Source of the DNA: Candidatus Sericytochromatia bacterium
GTDB lineage: Bacteria > Cyanobacteriota > Sericytochromatia > UBA7694
Direction: 5' to 3'
NCBI GenBank assembly: GCA_037968875.1
Contig: JBBKWI010000197.1
Coordinates: forward strand, 6,748 to 70,747
Length of the DNA stretch: 64,000 nucleotides
Below, piece after piece: positions 59,043 to 64,000 of the stretch (positions are counted from its first letter, which is position 1; every line of letters starts with the position of its first letter). Under the pieces are notes generated by a model. It was not told where the DNA came from, did not search any database, and saw only the letters and a list, made by a program, of their open reading frames with translations. The position numbers were made by a program, and so were the translations under genes.

Positions 59043-60769
59043 CAATGCAGCGGTCGGAGTCTGATCCGGTCTGGACAGACTTCCTGCAAACACTCGCCGA
59101 TCAGGCTCCAACCGCTGAAAGCAAAAAACGCTGTTTGCATTTACGGCCTGCCTGGGATCACTTTCAGGTACAGCGCTTACATCAAGAAACCAAAGAAATG
59201 CAAGCCCTGCTGCAAAAAAAGGACCCTTTTGAAAAGCACAAACTCAGTCTTTCCAGTGCAAATATTAAAAAGCTAGGGCAACAGGCGGGTTTGCCGACTC
59301 AGCCTCTGGCTGAAATGCTTCAACTGGCTGAGAGCTTAAATCAATTGCTACAGCAACATGAAGCAAAACACCTGACATTTTGGGCTCAGTCTCTCAAGCC
59401 TGACAAACAAGTCCTTGCCGCCATCCAAAACCAGCCCAAAACTGACAGTAAGCTACAGCAACTGCTCAAAAAAAAAGAAGCGCTGCTGCAACAGCAATTG
59501 CAAGCGATCGACAATTTGGGATGCATCGCGGCACGGGCCCGCTTTGCAAAAGCGTCTGGTCATTTGCCTCAAGTGGCCAAAAGCCGTCAATTTGAGCTCA
59601 ATGGTTGGCTGCCCGAAACCCTGGCTCTCAAACACAAACTCAACCTAAAGATCCCCAGCCAGGTTCATGGCCTGATTTTAAGCGGTGAGCATCTCTCGGG
59701 CAAATCACGTCTCTTACAAGCGATTTACTTGAGTGTTTTGATGCATCAGTCTGGTATCCCTCTGACTTGTAATGAAGATTCACAATTGCCCGTCTTTGCA
59801 GGAATCTGGTATCTGCCAGCCCAGCAAAATTTACAACGTCGTCTGGAAGCTCTCAAACCGCTCTTAAAAAGCAAACAAGCGGAGCGTTTAATTTTAATCG
59901 ATGATTTCCCGGCCGCTTCTAATGCCGGTGAAGCCCATGCTTTAGGGCGGGCTGTTATGGATTATTTTGTCCAGCATAAAACCCTCTGTATCGTCGCCAG
60001 CCATGACCAATTGCTCCTGCGTCATTCTCAAGCTGACTCTCCTCTGCAAAGCCTGGCTTTGGATTATGAAGGCTCACGTAAGCAAGGCGCACTGAGCTTG
60101 AGTTGGAATCAAAAAAGACGATCCAATTTGTTTAAGCAAGCCAGCCAGGCGGGCTGGCCCCTCGCACTGACACAGGCTTCAGAAAAGTATTATCAGCAGC
60201 TCACAAATCCAGTGACAGTCCCTGCTACTGCTCAGAAAAGCAAAACAGTCCCTCAGGCCAAAGCAAAAGCCGTCAAACCAGCTCCGGTACAGGCCCGGAT
60301 CCAGTCAAATGTTCCCGTGGGCTCCTGGGTTTATTTACATCAACTCAACCAATATGGCGAATTGCTTTCTGCTCCGGATCGCAAGGCCCGAGTTCAGGTG
60401 CTTTGTCAGGGCATGACCATGAAAATCCCCGCGAATCAGGTCAGCCTGAGTTCTAAGCGCAAAGAAAAAAAGGGTGAAGCCGACGGCATTCGCATTCAAA
60501 CCTGGTCGGTCAGTAGTGAGGTCTGTGATCTGCATGGCATGACTGTCGATCAGGCCTTACCAATTATGGATAAATTTTTAGATGTGGCCTTTCATCAGGG
60601 CTTAAATCCCGTGCGTGTGATTCACGGCAAGGGCACCAGTAAACTCAGACAAGCCGTTCATATTCGTTTGCAAGAATTACAAACAGAAACAGGCTATATT
60701 CGCAGCTTTCGATTGGGGCATCATGGCGAAGGCGACTTTGGCGTAACGGTGGTCGAGTTAACGCTCTGA
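59039..60769 (+). CDS. mutS2: MutS2-family protein with C-terminal Smr domain (divergent, short N-terminus)
   Basis: Degenerate Walker A GEHLSGKS. C-terminal Smr (VCDLHGMTVDQAL...VRVIHGKGTSKLRQAVH). 4-bp overlap with the preceding gene. Confidence 0.7.
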   Translation: MTMQRSESDPVWTDFLQTLADQAPTAESKKRCLHLRPAWDHFQVQRLHQETKEMQALLQKKDPFEKHKLSLSSANIKKLGQQAGLPTQPLAEMLQLAESLNQLLQQHEAKHLTFWAQSLKPDKQVLAAIQNQPKTDSKLQQLLKKKEALLQQQLQAIDNLGCIAARARFAKASGHLPQVAKSRQFELNGWLPETLALKHKLNLKIPSQVHGLILSGEHLSGKSRLLQAIYLSVLMHQSGIPLTCNEDSQLPVFAGIWYLPAQQNLQRRLEALKPLLKSKQAERLILIDDFPAASNAGEAHALGRAVMDYFVQHKTLCIVASHDQLLLRHSQADSPLQSLALDYEGSRKQGALSLSWNQKRRSNLFKQASQAGWPLALTQASEKYYQQLTNPVTVPATAQKSKTVPQAKAKAVKPAPVQARIQSNVPVGSWVYLHQLNQYGELLSAPDRKARVQVLCQGMTMKIPANQVSLSSKRKEKKGEADGIRIQTWSVSSEVCDLHGMTVDQALPIMDKFLDVAFHQGLNPVRVIHGKGTSKLRQAVHIRLQELQTETGYIRSFRLGHHGEGDFGVTVVELTL

Positions 60770-60771
60770 TT

Positions 60772-61326
60772 TTAAAGCGACTCAACCTCTAGCCAGTACT
60801 CAGGGCTGATTTCAATATTTTGCTGATCAGAACCTAGCCACACCTGGCGATCCTGAATCAGGCATTGCAATTGCATATTTCGCGTCACCAAAGCCACCAG
60901 CGCTTTGACATTTTCATCCGGTATATATAAGACGCTCAAATTGCTAAAGCGCTCCAAATCAGACTGAATCTTGCTCCACCAGAGCTCCGCATGGCGCCCT
61001 CCACCATAGCAAAGCACTTGGACTTGCTGAGAGCGCCCACAGGCTTTGCCCAGGCGTTTGGCATCAGGCAATCCCAATTCAATCCAAAGCTCAATTTCGT
61101 CAGTGAGACTTTTACGCCAGAGATCAGGCTCATCCACAGAACTAATCCCACGCGTAAAGCTCAGCTGCGGATCTGCAAAGAGCGCAAAAGCCAAGATACG
61201 CAAAATCATACGTTCATCAGTCTCCGACGGGTGGCGCGCCAGGGTCAAGGCATGACTCTCATAATAATCTCGGTCTAGATCGCTGACCTGTAAATCGGCT
61301 TTAAATATTGTTGCTTTGAGTGCCAT
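60772..61326 (-). CDS. yaeQ: YaeQ-family protein
   Basis: MALKATIFKADLQVSDLDRDYY...HPSETDERMILRILAF matches the YaeQ N-terminal signature. Confidence 0.75.
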   Translation of the reverse strand: MALKATIFKADLQVSDLDRDYYESHALTLARHPSETDERMILRILAFALFADPQLSFTRGISSVDEPDLWRKSLTDEIELWIELGLPDAKRLGKACGRSQQVQVLCYGGGRHAELWWSKIQSDLERFSNLSVLYIPDENVKALVALVTRNMQLQCLIQDRQVWLGSDQQNIEISPEYWLEVESL

Positions 61327-61327
61327 T

Positions 61328-61555
61328 TTATCGCTTTCGGGCTTTGAGTTTGAGATAGAGGGTCTCGACTTTGGTACGCGCCCAGGGCGTTTTACGCAAA
61401 AATACCAGACTGGACTTAATGCTGGGATCCTCTTGAAAACAACGAACCCGAATATACGTCCCCAGCTTAGGCCAGCCCAGATCGTCTACCAATTCGCTTA
61501 AAATCTGCTCAAGCTTGACGCCTTGCAAGGGGTTATTGGAATGTGAATTTTCCAT
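61328..61555 (-). CDS. Small conserved hypothetical protein (75 aa)
   Basis: ORF immediately upstream of yaeQ, separated by 1 nt. Helical, basic C-terminus. Confidence 0.4.
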   Translation of the reverse strand: MENSHSNNPLQGVKLEQILSELVDDLGWPKLGTYIRVRCFQEDPSIKSSLVFLRKTPWARTKVETLYLKLKARKR

Positions 61556-61692
61556 AGTGGATCCTTTTCAATCATTAACGGCTATATATCAAGCTCAGCT
61601 TAACAAGTCTGTACACAGAATAACAAGCACAAACCCAGACCAGTAAATCCATCCAATAAGCCTAGCACTTGCATAATAAAACGCTGGGGTGG

Positions 61693-61699
61693 GTATATA
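61693..61699 (+). promoter_or_regulatory. TATATAA promoter-like element
   Basis: tatataa lies about 33 bp upstream of the ATG at 61732. Confidence 0.25.
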
Positions 61700-61731
61700 A
61701 AAAGTAACAAAAAGACAATGATCGGATTTTT

Positions 61732-64000
61732 ATGAACTTCAATGTCAGCTCCACTCAAGCGAAAGCCTCCGCTCCACTTACGTCAGCCTCTACTAGCCTC
61801 ACTTCAGCCACTGTGAACACAACCAGCCCAGAACCATCTGATCCCCAAACGCCAGCTGACTAGAATTCCCAATATCAAGGCCAGGCTCGACAATTTGCAA
61901 GCAAAGAGCTTACAGGGCAAGTTTCATTTGATAAGCCCTCAGGTAACCAGCACACGGATTTAGAACCCACTTCACCCCAGACGCGCTTTGAAACCTCTGA
62001 GATCAATATTCAATTAAAACCGCTTCCCCTAACCAGAATACCTACCGAGGGGAAAGCTGATGACCGTTTTTCAGAGAGCCGGCGCGATTTTTTAGTGAGC
62101 TTACAATCCGAAATTTCAGATTTATCGCAGGCTGCATCAGCATTAGAGCAAAAAATTGGCCGGAGAAATAACTCTTCTGATCAAGCTCCAGTGTTAAGAA
62201 GAGGGCATAAAAAAGCCAAAGAAGAGTTGGCCAGTTTACAAAAACAGATACAAACGAGAACCGAGCATGCATCTACAATTCAAAACATCCTAAAAGTCCC
62301 ACACATGGTCGAAGTTTATAAAAACTTCGACGTTGACACCCAAATAAGCACTGAAGACAGAAAAAAAGGAGTTTCACCCGAGGCTGCCCACGCTTTGGAT
62401 GTCATTAATTATTATAGCGTCTCTGAATCAGAAAGACCCAAAGGGATAGCTGCGCCCGGATTACAACTTGATCAGGGAATGGATCTTGTCTATACAAAAC
62501 TTATTTCAAACTTTGGGGAGCCTGATAAAACACAGGCTGCACGGACGCTTTTCCAGCAATTACAAAACACTCCAGAGATGCCGCTGTCTGCTGAGCAAGA
62601 GCAGTTGTTAACAGACTTTGGCATGCTCCCTAATGCGGAAGGCCAATTGATCAATTACAAAACCAACGCATTGGTAAGCGCGCAAGATCTCGCTGATTTC
62701 GTGCAAATCATCGACCACCAGGCTGCTAATTTTTTATCCTCAGAAAATTCTGAAGCATTGGGTCAATTCGTGGGCAACACCGGTCGTTCTTATGGCCTGA
62801 ACCAAACAATAGCAAACCCTATGGCAAGTATTGCTCAGGGCATGGGGGCTTTGAATAGTGCAAGCAATGTAATTGAATCTACGAAAACTGCCCTGACGCA
62901 TTTAAACAATTCAGAGGCTGACTTAAACGCTAGTTTGGCTGCTGCCAGAGCAGAAAGAGCAGCTTTACAAGCCGAAATGAACAAGGCTCGAGAAATATTA
63001 AGCCCGCTACAGGATGAAAAAATTCAGGTTGAGTCAGAAATCGAAACCACACAAGGTTTTATCGATGGCTTGAATGGCCTCGAAAGCGCAGAAGATATTT
63101 CAACATTTATAAGCAATGCCAGTCCTGAACAATTAAACTGGATGCAACGGCAGGGACTGACGATCCAGCAAGACAACGGACAAATAAGCTTGCAGCTAAA
63201 TGGTGAAAGCATTGATTCTGTTCAGGCGCTGGATTTACTAAAAACAAAAGCGATTGAACAGCGCAGCTTACTCTCAGATCGGCTGAACAATCTCGCCGCC
63301 CAAATTACAGCAGCTCAAACAGCTGTTGATGGTGTACAAGACAAACTGCAAAACTTAGAAGTCATCGAAGCAAACCTAAACAATGGCAAGATAACTCATG
63401 CCGAAGCATTGTCTGCTTACCAGACTCAGATCAGCGAATTGCAACGGATCAAAAATGATCCTGAAGCCTGGGCCAGTTTAACCACTGAGCAACAGGCTGA
63501 AGCCGATGCCATGTTAGCTGGATATGAAGAAACCGTTGCGTCAGCTCAGGCTGTACAAACAGAAGCGGCTCAAGAATTGGCGACTATCGCTACTGTAAAG
63601 TCCGAAGCAAAAACATTCATCGCTGAAGCCAATCAGGTGATTGCTGAGGCGCAGACCACTCTGACTAAAGGGCGGGCGACATTGCGCGAGATGGACAAAC
63701 TGATCGTGACTCTGGATAAGCAGATCGATGTTGCCCAAAAACAGAGAGCTAAAGCGCTCGCAGAAGCCATTGAGAAGGCCAACGATCTAGGTTCTCGTCT
63801 GGTATTAACGCCGAAGCCTTCGCCGATAGATGTCGGTCAATTGATCGATCAGTGGCAAGATATCTTAGCAGAATCTCAGGAAACCTATAATCGTATGAGC
63901 GCTGCCACCAGTAATGCCCAAAGCATCGAGCGTACTCGCTTGCAACAGTTTTCCGATCAGCTCAGAGAAATGCATCAATATACGCAAGACTATCTACAAG
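61732..64000 (+). other. Large coiled-coil/STP-rich protein ORF (>755 codons, runs off the window) with an in-frame TAG at 61861-61863 after codon 43
   Basis: ATG 61732 opens a 43-codon ORF that ends at a TAG. The same frame then stays open from 61864 to 64000 with no ATG until about 62314. The translated sequence is one continuous low-complexity-to-coiled-coil protein. Confidence 0.5.

Noticed and set aside
1-64000. tRNA, rRNA, CRISPR and mobile elements
   Set aside because: I saw no tRNA-like T-loop or acceptor patterns, no repeat-spacer arrays, and no integrase, transposase or reverse-transcriptase ORFs. A covariance-model scan would be needed to be certain about small RNAs.

Overview
This 64 kb window looks like a chromosomal segment of a Gram-negative, menaquinone-using bacterium. 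GC is about 50% and the proteins are unusually glutamine-rich; I could not assign a taxon. The window is gene-dense (about 60 CDS) and rich in signalling and envelope proteins. I found no rRNA, tRNA, CRISPR array, integrase or transposase, but that is by eye only, with no covariance search.

Left to right:
- The 3' end of queA, a Yip1-like membrane protein and an MBL-fold hydrolase.
- A long minus-strand block: a UvrD/PcrA helicase, a BtuF-like periplasmic binding protein, and a PP2C phosphatase followed by a cytoplasmic Ser/Thr kinase that carries a zinc ribbon and an NHL beta-propeller.
- A complete alternative complex III (ACIII) operon, actABCDEF, with an ActD-cytochrome c fusion and an extra mono-haem cytochrome c, but no terminal oxidase.
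- An accessory-looking patch: an overlapping two-gene module of unknown function, an atypical ePK-like kinase, a tandem-SH3b secreted protein, a YflT-like stress protein, an ANT(2'')-like nucleotidyltransferase, a solitary MoxR ATPase and an NHL lipoprotein.
- A ParB-like protein, a membrane-anchored Ser/Thr kinase, tsaA, and an isolated nuoG-nuoH-nuoI cluster.
- A DEAD-box helicase with an acidic N-terminal extension.
- A His-rich LTXXQ (CpxP/Spy/ZraP-like) lipoprotein with an OmpR/HK two-component system.
- Two tandem paralogous lipoproteins with Ser/Thr/Pro-rich linkers that are repetitive at the DNA level.
- A full-length homologue of the eukaryotic major vault protein (MVP), in an apparent operon with a response regulator and a small protein.
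- A compact delta-alpha-beta-gamma 2-oxoacid:ferredoxin oxidoreductase cluster, a DUF4381-like membrane protein, a PP-loop ATPase, and trkAH.
- A four-gene envelope module (two paralogous lipoproteins, an XRE-HTH/TPR regulator and a VWA lipoprotein).
- menA, dapF, a TPR protein, a MutS2/Smr protein and yaeQ.
- At the right edge, a coiled-coil protein ORF of more than 750 codons whose only ATG start is separated from the body by an in-frame TAG.

The candidates most worth follow-up are the bacterial MVP homologue and its operon, the in-frame-TAG coiled-coil gene, and the XRE/VWA/paralogous-lipoprotein module.
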